Origin: Chrysomallon squamiferum
Lineage: Eukaryota > Animalia > Mollusca
DNA: 64,000 nt
Reading direction: 5' to 3'
Assembly (NCBI GenBank): GCA_012295275.1
Contig: CM022669.1
Coordinates: forward strand, 14,322,001 to 14,386,000
The translations under genes and the position numbers were made by a program. The notes below the pieces were generated by a model. The model did not search any database, was not told the origin of the DNA, and was given only the letters and a program-made list of their open reading frames with translations. Of this stretch, positions 35,432-50,300 are shown one piece after another. How positions within the stretch are numbered: the first letter of the stretch is position 1; every line of letters begins with the position of its first letter.

Positions 35432-37487
35432 ATTTACGTCATACACATAATCATTTAGCTTGTTATTAAATAGTTTAGCGTGTCGTTACTATAGCAATGC
35501 CTCAGTTTGTTCAGTTAATTTGCTTGAACTGAATTGATTTTAGAAATAAATTAAAAGGTGGCTTCGTGCAAATGTCTCCAGCTGATAATTAATATACACC
35601 ACGGTGTCTAGTCAAGGAAACGGGAAAGGGGTGAGAGGGTCATCGCAAAGGTGAATAAACTGCAGAGACTTTAATGTCTCCAAACAACGTTCATCAACAG
35701 TAAATGTATACGTACATCGTTTGACCTTAAAACATCGTTAGATTTGTTCGAACGCTGGAGAATACTTTTTAAAAGTTTACAATAAATGGATGGTTTTCTT
35801 TAAAAGCGCAGACGTTTGCGTTTTGTCGAGAAACGAATAAAATAGATTTTCTCATTTCGTCTGTCGAGTTTTTCATTTCGATAGTTCACACTCATGAATC
35901 AATGTGCCAAAAAAAAACTAGAGATAATGCCAGATGTTTTCAGCAAATACGTTTAAAGCGAGGAGCGTTTGGTTCATGCTATATGGGCTACGTTTTATGG
36001 CCTTTTTCCTTCTTTGTCAATGTGAGTTTTTTTTTTTTGTTGGATGTTTTTTTTTTTTTTAAATGTTTGTCTAACGTTCTTTTTATGTCGGTGTAAGGTT
36101 CACTGATGTTTATGCGTTTCCAAATGAATTACTAAGTTTATATTCTTATATTAACAGCAGTAATAAAAACAGTAATAGCAACAGTATTACTACTACTAAT
36201 AATAATAGTAACGGTAGTAGTAGTAATGGTAGTGGTAGTAGTAGTAGTATTGGCAGTGGTAGTAGTAGTAGTATTGGCAGTGGTAGTAGTAGTATGAAGA
36301 AATAGTAGTAGTGGTGGTAGTGGTAGTAGTAGTAATAATAACAATAATACTGGAATTTTTACTATTATTATTATTACGTCTAGTATCACACTTATTACGA
36401 GCACTACTACTTCTACTGCAACTACAGCCACTATTATTACTATTATTACTACTACTATTACTCTACTACTACTACTACTAAACAGTTCAGATAATGTATA
36501 GTACCATTTACTATCGATCAGTCTCGCGCTTTACTAAAAAATACCGATGTACTTTAACGATAATAACTCTTAACTTAATATATTGCTTTGTTCCTTCTTT
36601 TACAGTTTTCACACCGCAGCATGCTATTACGCGCTTTTAAACTGATAAAATTACACGGCACAAGGTTAGAGACTACTCAAAAAAGCCTTCGGATTACTGT
36701 AATTACAAAGTTGGTTTCAAAATAGTTCTAGAACAAAGACCTATCATTATATCACAATAACATTTCTCGTCCTCTTGGATCTCAGCATTGTGTCTGAATA
36801 CACTTTTTTCACAAGCTGCTGCTGCTGCTACTGAAAAACAAAGCGTGATGGATTGAAAACCTTTAATCGGCGACCCCTGGCGGTTTCTAGACTCTTGACA
36901 CAGAGATAACGAGTGCAATGTATCGGTTTCTGACATGCTTCGTGGTAACGGACTATCTCTCTCTGGCTGTATCACCATCTACGAGCTCTTCCGTTTAAGT
37001 GACGACGTAACAACATGAACAGATGTTCTTCTTGACACCAAGCAGCAGCAGTAGTAGTAGCAGCAGCAGTGCACTGCAGCGTCTCTCGCCCCAGCATGGA
37101 ATCCCGAAGCATGTGAAAAATGGGATGAGTGTTTGTCAGAATTTAACGAGCTCAGACGCTGCTGCTGCACAGACATTAATTTTGAAATACTGAGATTTTA
37201 ATCTAGCTTTTCTTTTTTCTTTTTTTTTTTTCTTTCCTTGTCCGCTTAATCAGCTTGTTCATTTTTTATAATTTTTTATTTTTTATTTTTTATCTTTTTT
37301 TTTTACATCGTCATGATGATCATCAGATTCGCTATCGTCATCATATTTTTAACATTTTCTTTTTTAATTTTTGCTGTTATTCTTCATCTTCTTTTTTTCC
37401 TTCATCATAATCGTTTTTCTTCTTGATAATGATCATCTTCAACACCAACATCGTGTTCTTCTTCTTTTGTTACTGTTGCTGTAATTC

Positions 37488-37521
<34 letters not shown>

Positions 37522-38542
37522 TCGTTTTCTGCTTTATCTTAATGATTCTGTAAAATTTATTTTTCCTCATTAAAAGATTTTTTTAAAATTTAAAATGATT
37601 TACGTCAAGAAATATATTTATATCCCTCCTAGGAGGAAGTTATAAAGGTAAAGAATGTAATTATTCAATACATCATATTCTAAATCAGTATCTATAATTA
37701 AATAAATGGATGATTTGTTTTTTATTTCTCTTTTGCTGTTTGATGTGCTAAATAATTACTAAACTCGTATGCACAAGTAAAAACCATTGTCAGTCATAAG
37801 TCAACCATTATAACCATTTTGTCTAACATTAAACAAAACCATTATTTACATAAATCAGTCTTATAAGTAATATACATAAACTATTCACCAAGTTAAATAA
37901 ACTGTTGTGTACATAAACTAATCTCTGCATTAATCAAACCAGCACATTCTGCATAAACCATTACTTGCACCAAGTTGACCAGAATGCACATATATTATTT
38001 TTTTTATATTTAATAAACTAGTATGTACATCATCATAGTTGTTTTGCTGTTGCTTTTTTTTTTATATATATTTTTTTCCTGCTTCATGTAAAAATGACCT
38101 GCTGGTTTATTAAAAATGGAGACCTGATAACTTGTAAATTAGACTGGAATAGATAGCTTTTGCAAGATTTCAGTAACTGAGTTTTTATAGACAAATATAA
38201 AATAATAAAAACAAAAAAAAAAGAAAACTAAAGAGAGAGGACGAAATAGAAAAAAAGTAAAAAAGAAATGCAGAATAAACTGAAAAGGTCTATCTCACGG
38301 AAGACAGAATCTTTAGGAATCTTAGGTAGAGTCGCCATTTCGTTTAATGAGCGCTGAAGCACACGTTTCCAAGAGCAACGCGCCACTCCTAAACATGTCG
38401 GACGAACACGGCAAACGCAGCCAAGCCTCTGCTGAGAAAAGAGCAATTAAAATCATCCGGTGTGATGTGTAAATTCGGCTTTAGACATTTGCGAAGAAAC
38501 GAAACCAGCGGAAGTGAAATCTGAGATCCCTACTTTCAGACG

Positions 38543-38586
<44 letters not shown>

Positions 38587-40309
38587 AACTTTCAACACTT
38601 TCTTTTTGCTTTATATAGATTTGAAAAAAATAAAAAAATAAAAAAGAAGAAGAAAGAAATAAGAGCTGAACCTGCTTCAAGACACATAGATGATTTCATT
38701 TCTTTTTAAAATTATATTAACATTATTATTAATTTTTTTTTTCTCAACATAACGTAAAAATCTATATTAATAATATTAATAAATAAACTTTAAAAACCCT
38801 CAACAAACTCATTAAATCTGAAGAGTATTTCAATCGTTTTTTGCCCTGTTCTCTTTGCAATAAAAGGCTTTGAGACCCTGTCAAAATAATGAGTCTTTTT
38901 AACGTAATAAACTCATTTAAGTTCTTCTCTTCTTCTTTTTTTTGAAGCTTAAGCAATTAAAAAATAAATTATATATTTTATTGATTTTTATTCTGAGTAT
39001 TATTAGCACTTTTGAAAAGTCACTACTGCTGTATTTAGACAGCGCTTTGTTCAGTATTACAGTTTTGACCGATATATTCGTGTCATATTTTTGAATGGCA
39101 TATTCACGTTCTGTCACAAGGTGTTGGGTCAAGGTCTGGATGTACATTTGTACGCCCGGACGTTACGCAAGGTTATCTGAACATCGTCGGTATTATGACA
39201 AAAATCTGATTTCTTTCCGGCCTTGTTTATACAGCCTTCATTACTGTTGAATACTACAACGAAACTAACAATGATCGGTATGAATATAAAATTACAACAC
39301 GATGTAGATTCCTACTAGGAGAAACACTCTCAATGCAACTTCGTGTATTTTGTTAACGAATCCAATTGCTCTCTGACACCGTCATCAACAACGACATTAA
39401 CGTGATAATGGTGAGACACAGAAACCTGTACCTCGTTACAGAAGAGGTATTGGGTTGTGGCAGTGCCTATTAATTAAGTAATAACGTTTATATATATTAA
39501 TATATGTATAATTATTATGTACAATGGGGGGGGGTATTTGTGCAATTCATTAATTTGCTAGACAGTGCAGCGTCGATTCGGAAATGAAGCTGATGATTGT
39601 AGCATTTCTTTCAGGAGATTCGAAATTTATCTCACTGCTGAACAGCTTCACATTTTACTGCCATACTTATCGCATGAAAATCATTATTTTTGCAGATGGA
39701 AATAAACGTCTTACTTATCAGCGAGCCCATTTTTTTTTTTTTTAAATTTTTTTTTTTTTTTTTTTTTTTGCGTTCTTTTAAATGTTTATAATTGGTTCAC
39801 ATTCTGTCATAGCGCCTTAAAAGTGCAAGTGTACTGTTTCTACGCTGCTTTTATGCTGTGTAATAGGTTTTTTTTTTTTTTTTGGCTTTGCTGAAAGTTG
39901 CTGATCTCCGAAAACAAAGTAGCAGCCTTAAAGAATTTGTCTGTCGTTTATTTTGTTTTCATGTTCTTGAAAGATCAGTTTCATTAGAATGCTTATATTT
40001 TATTATATTTTTTACTACTACTACTAATAATGATGATGATGATGATGATGATATGATGATGATGATATGATGATGATGACGACGAAAATTCTGAATGTCA
40101 CAAGCTAGACGTGAGAATTAACGAGCAGTTCTCGAGAGGAAAGACACAGTCAGAATACCAAAATATTTTCCAGTCAATGCTCAACATTCAGGTCAGGACA
40201 TACCATGAACTTTAACATTACAGATAACACGAATCTCTTGTGTCAGTGAGACCCGAATCCTACGTAGGGGTGGCATTTCTGAATTTCAAGCACGGTTTGG
40301 TGTATCTAT

Positions 40310-40590
40310 AGCAAGATCTGTTTATCCGAAACAAAGCGTGTTGTATCAGAAGCAAGATGTATTGTACCTGAAGTTAGGTGTTGTACCTAAATAATGTATA
40401 TGAATCAAACTTTAGTGTGTCTAAAGCAAGGTCTGTTATATATGAATCAAGGTTTATAGTATTCTTAAACGAGGTTTGTTGTATCTGAATCAAGGTATGT
40501 TATATATGAATCAAGGTTTATGGTATCTTAAACGAGGTTTGTTGCATACGAAGCAAGGTTCGTTGTATCTGAATCAAGGTCTGTTGTTTG
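40310..40590. repeat. Degenerate ~21-bp tandem repeat (gttgtatctgaatcaaggt)
   Basis: Recurring tgttgtatctgaa(t/g)caagg units. Confidence 0.7.
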
Positions 40591-41377
40591 TGATGTTTAA
40601 GGAATTTTAATACACGGCTAATGAAAAATGGTTTTATTTCCTTTCTCGTTTTAAGTTCCGCGACTGTCGAGTTATTGTGGTAAAAGCCTGTCGTGGTGGA
40701 ACTTTATCATGTCGTTTAATAACATTCATTACTTAAACACCGGCTTGCCGTTTACACAAACCAATGAAAAATAAGTACGCACCTTCCTTTAACGACGATA
40801 TTGATGTGGTCGTCATAGCTACGACAACAATCTAATGAAACGTAATCACGAGCTGTATGTACATTGTTAAAATCTTAACCAGCTTTCAGAAAGCAGAGGA
40901 AGAGAAAAAAAAAAAAAGAGAGAAACAAGAAATTTTATAGATCTTTGACAATATTTAATGGTATGTAAGACGATATTTTGTTTTCCTTTTCAGAAACTTC
41001 GAAGACAATGGTAAACAGACAGAAATAGAAAGAGAATAAATATGGATAACAAAAATCGAATTTATAATTGGTTTCCACGGTGACACACACAGTCTCACGT
41101 ATTTCGTTTCCTTAGTTTAGTTCCGTGATGAGTTGAATTCAAATCGGTCAATGTTAAACTGCAGCAGAATAACGATTGATGTCATTAACTTTTATTTACT
41201 GAATATGAAGCGCAGTACGCATAATGCAGGACTGAACGAATGCGTGTAATTGTTTGTAACAACACTCAAAATACGTGAAATGAATAAAATACCTAGCAAG
41301 CGGAATGTCATGGTAGGCAGAACGACACACCCAGTTCTCCTAGTCACGTACAGATGTAATGTAGTGTGGGTTTGGTG

Positions 41378-41606
41378 TCGTAGAGTAGAGCATAGCGTAG
41401 CGTAGTATTGTGTTGTTTAGTACGGTACGGTACAGTACTGTATAGTACAACATAGGAGAGTATATACAGTACAGAACAATGCAGTTAGATAGTGTAGTAT
41501 ACCGTAGTGTAGTATAGTGTAGTGCAATACTGTTTAGTGTAGTGTAGTATTAGTATAGAGTAGTGTTGTGTTGTGTTGTAGTAGCAGAGTACAGTACAGC
41601 ATAGTG
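41378..41606. repeat. Degenerate pentanucleotide repeat (agtgt/agtac/agtat)
   Basis: 5-bp periodicity visible. Confidence 0.7.
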
Positions 41607-43832
41607 AAATTGTTTTCTCCAGTTATATTTACTGATATAATTAGACTGAACGATTATTATAACTTATTAATTAATATTATAAACCAATTCCAAAACGAAT
41701 GCGATTTAATACCATTGTATACATATATCTGTTAATATTGTAACAAACCTTCACAGAAACATAATTTAATACCAAAAGTATACCTATAGCCATTAACTGA
41801 TATTATAACAAATCTTTATAGAAATAAAATTTAATATTAAAGGTATACGAATATCTATTTATTAATAATTAAGACAGATTTTTGAAATAATATTATTTTA
41901 CTTTGCATATTTAAATATTTTACAACGACAAAATCAATATGAAAATCTTGAAACAGAAAAAAAGAAGAAAGAAAGTAATTGGATACGTCGCGCTGTATAA
42001 AACCCAGTACCACGCAAAGAATTGCTGTCTGATAAAAAAAAAAAAAAGAAAGACAGGGTCATATATACTTATTATTTCAACATGGTGAAAGTTCTCCAGG
42101 TTAATTAAATCTGCAGTCTGTAGACACAGCATGTTGTTGGCACATAATTTACAACGAGTAAGAGTTTCATATTAGCAAAATCCATTCTGTTTTGAAACAA
42201 TTAACGCAAAAAATTCGGTTACGTTTTCTGGATTAAACATATAAATATTTCTGAAGGATATTTTTTTCAGCTAAAATTATCCAAATGTGTTGTTTTTTTT
42301 AGAACTTCCCCCCACCCCAGTTTTTTTTTTTTTTTTTTTTTTTTTTTTCTTTTATTTCCTTAACTGTGGAAAACTCTTGACTTTAAGCTCGCTAAATTAA
42401 CGACTTCTAAATTAAATTACGTTTGAATTTCAGTTACTGGCAGGTGATGTGAGTCAGAATGCATATCGCTCTATCACCCAGTCCAGATGTTAAAGGGTGC
42501 CGGGCAATCAATGGATCTTCTTATTATTTATCTCTGAAATGCTAATTAATCCTATAAACGAGACTGCATGCCAGGGTTCAGCTGCTTGCAGTTGTAAATG
42601 AAACGAAGGGGACAAGGAAACCGTTTCTCTTCGGCAGCATCTGCTTTGTTTTAAAACGGCAAGCATCTAAGATTCACGCTCGCAATTGCGAACGCTTTTA
42701 TCTCTTCATCCCTTCGTTTTTCCCTCAGTCGTATTACATAATATATTGACTCAGTTGGCATAAAGGAACGAAATTAAACCTACAAGCTCGTGTGCTCGTT
42801 ATCCCTTCCCGCCAACATCTCGGATTTTATGTTTTTATCCGGAGCTTTCGTGAAACAATATAATACCGATAGAGTTCGGTGTAGTTCGGATTTATAAGTG
42901 CTGATTACAAATTCACAGTTCCCTGATAGTGTAGAATGTCCACAGCATTTGGGATTCGCAGGGTTAGGAGAATATAAGGCGGTGTTGGCTTGTTAAACAG
43001 AGAACAAAGAATTTGGTTTTAAACACGACGCTACAAAGAGAACATTCCCATGTCGATTTGTTGAATAAACATCAACAGAAACGCTTTATTGGTAAACACT
43101 GGGATGATCTTCCAGGCCAAACCGAGACTGTAGCTGTTTCAGCAAACAAACCATCAAGAACGGCTACATTCTTTTTTTTTTTTTTTTCAAAAACAGTAAA
43201 ACATAAAATAAATATAGCTGAACAATCAGACGTTTTAAAATTTACAGATTTAAAAATAAAACAGACGTCTGAACAATGCTAACTCCTTCATGATGGTGCA
43301 GTGTTACATTAGATCCACCACAACTCTTTGAGATTTGTAATTTTTATAAAACATTTATAAAAAATAAAAAATTAATAAATAAATAAATAAATAAATTTAG
43401 AAAATTCATCTACAGCCAGTTATCAGTTAAACATTATGCAAATAGTATTTTAAACTTCAAGCAAATAGAACACACGCTAAGACAGCCTCACAATATAAAT
43501 ACATGTCCCTACTGGACGAATTAAGTACATAAGAAACTCACAATATATTCTTAACATTCTAATATTCGCTTCAAATATAATTTATTTAAAATGCAGATTC
43601 AATAATTTTGAAATCATTTGTCGGTACAACCATCCATCGTGTAATATGTTTATGTATTTTCGGCGCGAAATAGCTTGAATTGTCAAATCGTAATTACTTT
43701 GAAAATAACAAATAACCATGTTCTTTAAAGACATGTTCCATGGTTGTCGTTTTGAAATAACCTCATTATCGTGTACATTATCTGCGTTATTATAATTTTA
43801 CTGAAGCAATGGCATAATATCATGAATTTAAT

Positions 43833-43863
<31 letters not shown>

Positions 43864-43884
43864 AAAAGAAATGTAAATTAAAAC

Positions 43885-44110
43885 AGTGAGTCAACAACGT
43901 ACTCACCACTTTGAGTTTCAGTTCTCGCCGGCGTCTGAAAATCAACTGTCGTGCTTGGCAGGAAAATGAATCACGTGCCGCTATCGTCTGCTCTTCGAGT
44001 TTTTATCCTCCAAACGCGATGAAATTTTCCGCACAGCCCTGCAGGTGGCAGGGAGTAAATCAACCAATCAGCGGCCCGCAATGGCAGTCGCGTTTCGCGT
44101 AATCTTCTAA
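43885..44110 (-). promoter_or_regulatory. Candidate CpG-rich promoter with non-coding first exon (donor GTG|gtgagt after 43907)
   Basis: Locally CpG-rich. Contains a CCAAT box (caaccaatcagc, ~44061), an E-box (cacgtg, ~43972), a CTCF-like cctgcaggtggcag (~44038) and an AP-1 site (tgagtca, ~43887). Confidence 0.4.
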
Positions 44111-44533
44111 ATTACATAAACATCCGAGAAAGTTGTCTTCCACTCGCAGCGTAATTTGACGGAATTTGCCGAGATTTAACGTGTTCTGTAGCTCAACAGT
44201 AACGCTAAATCAAAAACAAAGCCTTTCAGTTGCTTTAATGGTTATTATGTGGATATATCATTTTGTTTACGTTTGTCCACTAGCAGTCCCTTTTTTTCAA
44301 GAAATCAAGGACACATCTCCATACACATACACATATATAAACATAAACCCAGAACACAAACACATACACATGCATACACACACACACACACACAACCAAA
44401 CCACCTACATATAAATTATATCTGTATTAGTCTCTCTCTCTGTGTTTCTAAATTATTTATATAACCGAGAAAGTTGTCTTCTGTTATATGTGTGTTTCTC
44501 TCCGTCTTCTTTCTGACTGTACGTCTGTCTCTG

Positions 44534-44912
<379 letters not shown>

Positions 44913-45291
44913 GAGACAAAAGAAGGAAAGCATACAAAAATGAGCGCCCCATTGTTAAATGTAAAACTATCATGTAACATGACTGCGGGTTCTTTGTCTG
45001 AAGAAAATGCATTACGATCTGGTCCTAGCTAATTAAATGGATGTCAGCAGGAAGCGTAAATATGGCAGAACTAATAAAACTGACAGCAGTTAGTTTGATA
45101 TCAGTGAAACGTCACGTCAGTTTTTATTCACTATTAAAATAACAGTAACGTAATATTCTGTGGAAAATGTGAATTTAATCCTTTTAAAAAAATTAACGAG
45201 AGTGCAAATAAATAAATAAATAGTAGTAGTAGAAGAAGTAGCAGTAGTAGTAATAACAATATCGACAACAACCACAACAGTAGTAGTAGTA

Positions 45292-45329
<38 letters not shown>

Positions 45330-45439
45330 TACAATGATAATAATAACAAAAAAGAAACTCGTACAACTTATTACTGCTAATAATACAGTATAAAAATACT
45401 ATTACTATACTACAGAAAAAGAAAAGACTATTATCAAAC

Positions 45440-45635
45440 AAATTATTCATACTATAGAATAAACAATTACCGTTGGTCTAGAATACATAAATACTATTAC
45501 CAAACAATTACTATTAGTATGGAATACAAAAATACTATTACCAAACAGTTACTGTTAATATAGAATATAAAATTACTATTACAAAAAATTACCTTTGATA
45601 CAAAGTACAAAAAGATTATTACCAAACAAGTACTG
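45440..45635. repeat. Degenerate ~41-bp tandem repeat (ctattaccaaacaattactattagtatagaatacaaaaata)
   Basis: About 5 diverged units. Confidence 0.6.
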
Positions 45636-47073
45636 TAATACTTCAGCATCTCCTATTACTGTCATTGTTAACATCGCTTTTACTGTTTCTAATACTACTA
45701 TAAATGTTACTACATCTGTTACTGTTGCTACTATTCCTGTTATTCGTGTACAGCAATATAACCATTACTACTATTATTGATCAAATACAACTAATACCGT
45801 TTTTACTATTGCTACAACTATTACTATAACTACAATCACTGCTACTACAACTATTGTTATTATTACTACTGCGACTTCTGTAGTTCATATATTACAGCTA
45901 CTACAGCTACTACAAACGCCACTACTGGTTCTGAGTTATCGAGTATCTACACTAAAACTGTCTTAAAAGAGTATGAAAGGGGTGTTTGTTTTACTGAGAT
46001 TATACATTTTAAGCCGTTTACTGGGATTTGCTGCAGCTGTATCTTCTTTTCAAATAGACGATAATAGTTGTTGTGTGTTGTTGTGGTTTTTTTTCACAGT
46101 ATCAACAACAATAATAATAATAACAGCGACAACTACAACAAGTGTAACAACAAGAACAATATGATGCTGATGCTGATGATGTTGACGGTGTTTTATTATC
46201 CATGGTGGTGTTAATTATTGTAAATTAAAAATAGTAGTAGTAATAGTAGAAATTCTAGTGATGACTGCAATAATAATTCTGCAAATAGTACTAACAGTAC
46301 CAGTAGTAGTAGGAATACTAGTACTAATAATACTAGCAGCAGAAATTCTAGTGATAGATGTGGTTATAACAATATTAGAAGTGGTTAAGTTGATAATACA
46401 TAACAAGTCATATCCAAAATATGTTGTTTTTCTCCTCGTCAATATGGCAGATCTGATAGCAGAGATAGAACTACTAACCTAACAATGGTAAAATTCGTAT
46501 CATTCCATGAAATGCAGATCGGGGATTCCTAAATTGCATTTCTGAACTGTAATCTGATTTTGAGAGAATGTTTGCAAGATACCAAATTTCCACATAATAA
46601 TTGCAACATTATCAGGTTTCTACGAGTTACGCAGTGTTTACGTTTCTGAACAAAACACAAATACTGTCGTGCTTTTATAGAATGTGACAACAGAATATTT
46701 TTTTTTTTTTTCTTGATTTGCAAGAAAATGGTGTCTGGTTCTTGCATAATACAATAATGAGAGGTAATCTTTACAAAATGCATTAAATGTGCATGATTGT
46801 TAAACAAAACAATGTTGTTGTTGTTGTTGTGTTTTTTTTTTTTACGTAATAGGATAATGATTTCCGCTTTTGTTTTAAGTTCAGTGTAGAAATCATTAGA
46901 TATTGATTAGGTGATCATGTTTCGCATTTCTTTCTGCAGACCCGATTTTTCTAAGTAGAAAGCGTTTTAAACAAAGATAAACGTGATATTGAGTGCCTGC
47001 ATCTTTGTGAAGTTGTGCCTAATATCACTAATGTGTGTATATGTTTATATATATATATATATATATATGTGCG

Positions 47074-47111
<38 letters not shown>

Positions 47112-47956
47112 CATTTCTGCATTTATATATATTATATGTATATATGTTTGTATGTGCGCGCGCGCGCGTTTGTATATATATATATATATATGTATATGTA
47201 TGTATATATTTATATCTACATATGTGTGTGTGCGTATGTGTATGAGTGTATATATATATATATATATTTATATATGTGCATGTATGTGTTTATGTATGTA
47301 TGCCTGTATTTATATATATATATTTCTCTGTGTATGTGTCTATACGTTATATGTGCTTACGGAACAAAGCACTGTGTGTTTACATGTGTTTGTATGTTTG
47401 AATATGTGTTTGTAAATGCTGTGAATAACACTCTCACTGCTTTCATATCAAATACACAGCTGACAATGCGTGGCTTCTTTTCATTGCATATATACACTCT
47501 GGATGTTGTTACTATATATTTTCTATTTTACATTACATTACATTATGTTATTTTATCTTATATTATATCATACTACATTACATTACATTATATTGATACT
47601 TATACTGTTGTTGCTGTTGTTATCACTAGATTTTGTTCATGTTACTCTTTTGATCTTATAGATGTTATAATCCTTTCTTTTTATTCTTCTGTTTGTCATT
47701 TTTCCTGACATTATTCTGTGGAGAGATTAGAGAAAAACGGTAAGCTGAATAACAAACAAATTAAAATGGAATAAACAGAAAACATCTTAGAAAGTGACAC
47801 AAAGAAGTGAAATAAAGGCAACCAAATATGAAAGTGAAAAATGAAGCGAAGATAAAAGCTGAGAAAACGTTTTTGAAAACTGCAGTAAGACCTTTTATGT
47901 ATTCGTGGAGTCTGTGAACGGAACGCAGATCCTGTATCCTTTTTTTTGTTTGTTTA

Positions 47957-48015
<59 letters not shown>

Positions 48016-48120
48016 TTTGACGTCAGAAAGTTATCACTTTTTAATGAACCTCATTTCGTCTGGAAATATTGGTACAGCTTTAGAGACTCAAATACATATA
48101 CACAACATTTTTCTAGACGC

Positions 48121-48900
48121 AACACACGTATAAAGATACAGAGCAACACGTATACAGATACAGAACAACACGTATAAAGATACAGAACAACACGTATAAA
48201 GATACAGAACAACACGTATAAAGATACAGAACTGCACGTATAAAGATACAGAACAACACGTACAAAGATACAGAACTGCACGTATAAAGATACAGAACAA
48301 CACGTATAAAGATACTGAACAACATGTATAAAGATACAGAACAACACGTACAAAGATACAGAACAACACGTATAAAGATACAGAACTGCACGTATAAAGA
48401 TACAGAACAACACGTATAAAGATACAGAAATGCACGTATAAAGATACAGAACAACACGTATAAAGATACAGAACTGCACGTATAAAGATACAGAACAACA
48501 CGTATAAAGATACAGAACAACATGTATACAGATACAGAACAACACGTATACAGATACAGAACAACATGTATAAAGATACAGAACAACACGTACAAAGATA
48601 CAGAACAACACGTATACAGATACAGAACAACACGTATAAAGATACAGAACAACATGTATAAAGATACAGAACAACACGTATAAAGATACAGAACAACACG
48701 TATAAAGATACAGAACATCACGTATAAAGATACAGAACAACACGTATAAAGATACAGAACAACACGTATAAAGATACAGAACAACACGTACAAAGATACA
48801 GAACTGCACGTATAAAGATACAGAACACCACGTATAAACATACAGAACAACACGTATAAAGATACAGAACAACACGTATAAAGATACAGAACAACACGTA
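48121..48900. repeat. 22-bp minisatellite (aacacgtataaagatacagaac), ~35 copies
   Basis: Highly homogeneous array with recurrent variants (aactgc, tacaaag, tatacag, catgta). Confidence 0.97.
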
Positions 48901-49590
48901 CATACGAATAGAAAGAGACACAAATTCATACATACAGACATATCTACGTACAGACAAACACACCTACTTAGAACTAGAGGCAAACAGACACAGACAATGA
49001 ACGCATACAGACACGTACACGTAGATCTAGACACGAACACACGCACACACACACAGACACACACACACAGAGACACACACCGATACGAACAGTCCCACAC
49101 GAAATCCTCGGATCCGCTCCTAATGCTGCCTGTCAGAGGTTTATGATATATTTTTACTTCTTTCGTTATCAATTACATTTTTTTTTTAAATAAATACAAA
49201 AAAAACCCACTTTAGCTACTAAATTAAACAGAAGCAGCAAAGTATGTCTCTTTTAACGACAGTCCACCGCATAGTGCGGTACCAGTGGTTTCGTTTGATT
49301 CCAATTCCGGATAACTCGAGTCAAAAAATTATAATGATCTGTATACATGGGTTGTTAGTAATTTGCACTAAACGTACCAGAGTTTGTTTCAGAATGTCTC
49401 CATAGCGGTTATTATTCGGATATAAGTTTTGTCATGTTTTATTGTTGTTTTATATCTGATTTATTGTTGTTGTTGTTGTTGTTGTTCTTATGGTGATAAA
49501 AATAATGGTGATGATAGTAATGTTGTTTAAAAATGTAGTAGCAGTAGTTGTTATTGTTATAATGATGATGATGATGATGATGATGATAAC

Positions 49591-49665
<75 letters not shown>

Positions 49666-50007
49666 CAAAGTCGAAACTGGTAAAAAGTGGCATATTCTTC
49701 TGAAAACCCGATGTCATTATGGTGCCGCACAGAAATCAGACGCCGCTGTCGTATTTCGCTGGAGACAATACTTCAGAAACCAGATACAGTCATAGGATAC
49801 TGCAGAAAATCATAAACGTATCGTCTATTATCGTATACTTTTCAAAGAAGAAAATACATCTCTCGCATTCCATAGGAAATGGTATATTCCAGCGAACCAG
49901 AAACCATTTTAGCGAAGACACTTGATCGCATTCGTACAGTGTTGTCGTGTATTATCGAAACATTATAGCACACGAGAAGCAGAATTAATAGTGGCGATGA
50001 TAGAAGA

Positions 50008-50300
50008 TGTAGTAGTAATAGTAGAAATAATAATTGTCGTGGTAATAGTAGTAGTAACTGTAGTTGTAGTAGTAGTTGTAGTAATAGTGGTGGTGGTAAT
50101 AGTAGTAGTAACTGTAGTTGTAGTAGTAGTTGTAGTAATAGTGGTGGTGGTAATAGTAGTAGTAACTGTAGTTGTAGTAGTAGTTGTAGTTATAGTAGTA
50201 GTGGTGTGGTGGTGATGGTAGTAGTAGTAGTTGTACCAGTAGTAGTGGTGGTGGTGGTAGTGGTAGTAGTAGTAGTAGTTGTTGTTGTAGTAGTAGTAGA
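50008..50300. repeat. Compound (GTA/GTG)n tract with a 54-bp higher-order unit
   Basis: ggtaatagtagtagtaactgtagttgtagtagtagttgtagtaatagtggtggt repeated about 3 times. Confidence 0.85.

Noticed and set aside
48051-49172. 373-aa and overlapping Cys/Tyr-rich ORFs
   Set aside because: Translation of a 22-bp (non-triplet) minisatellite that is open in all frames; no splice or start context.
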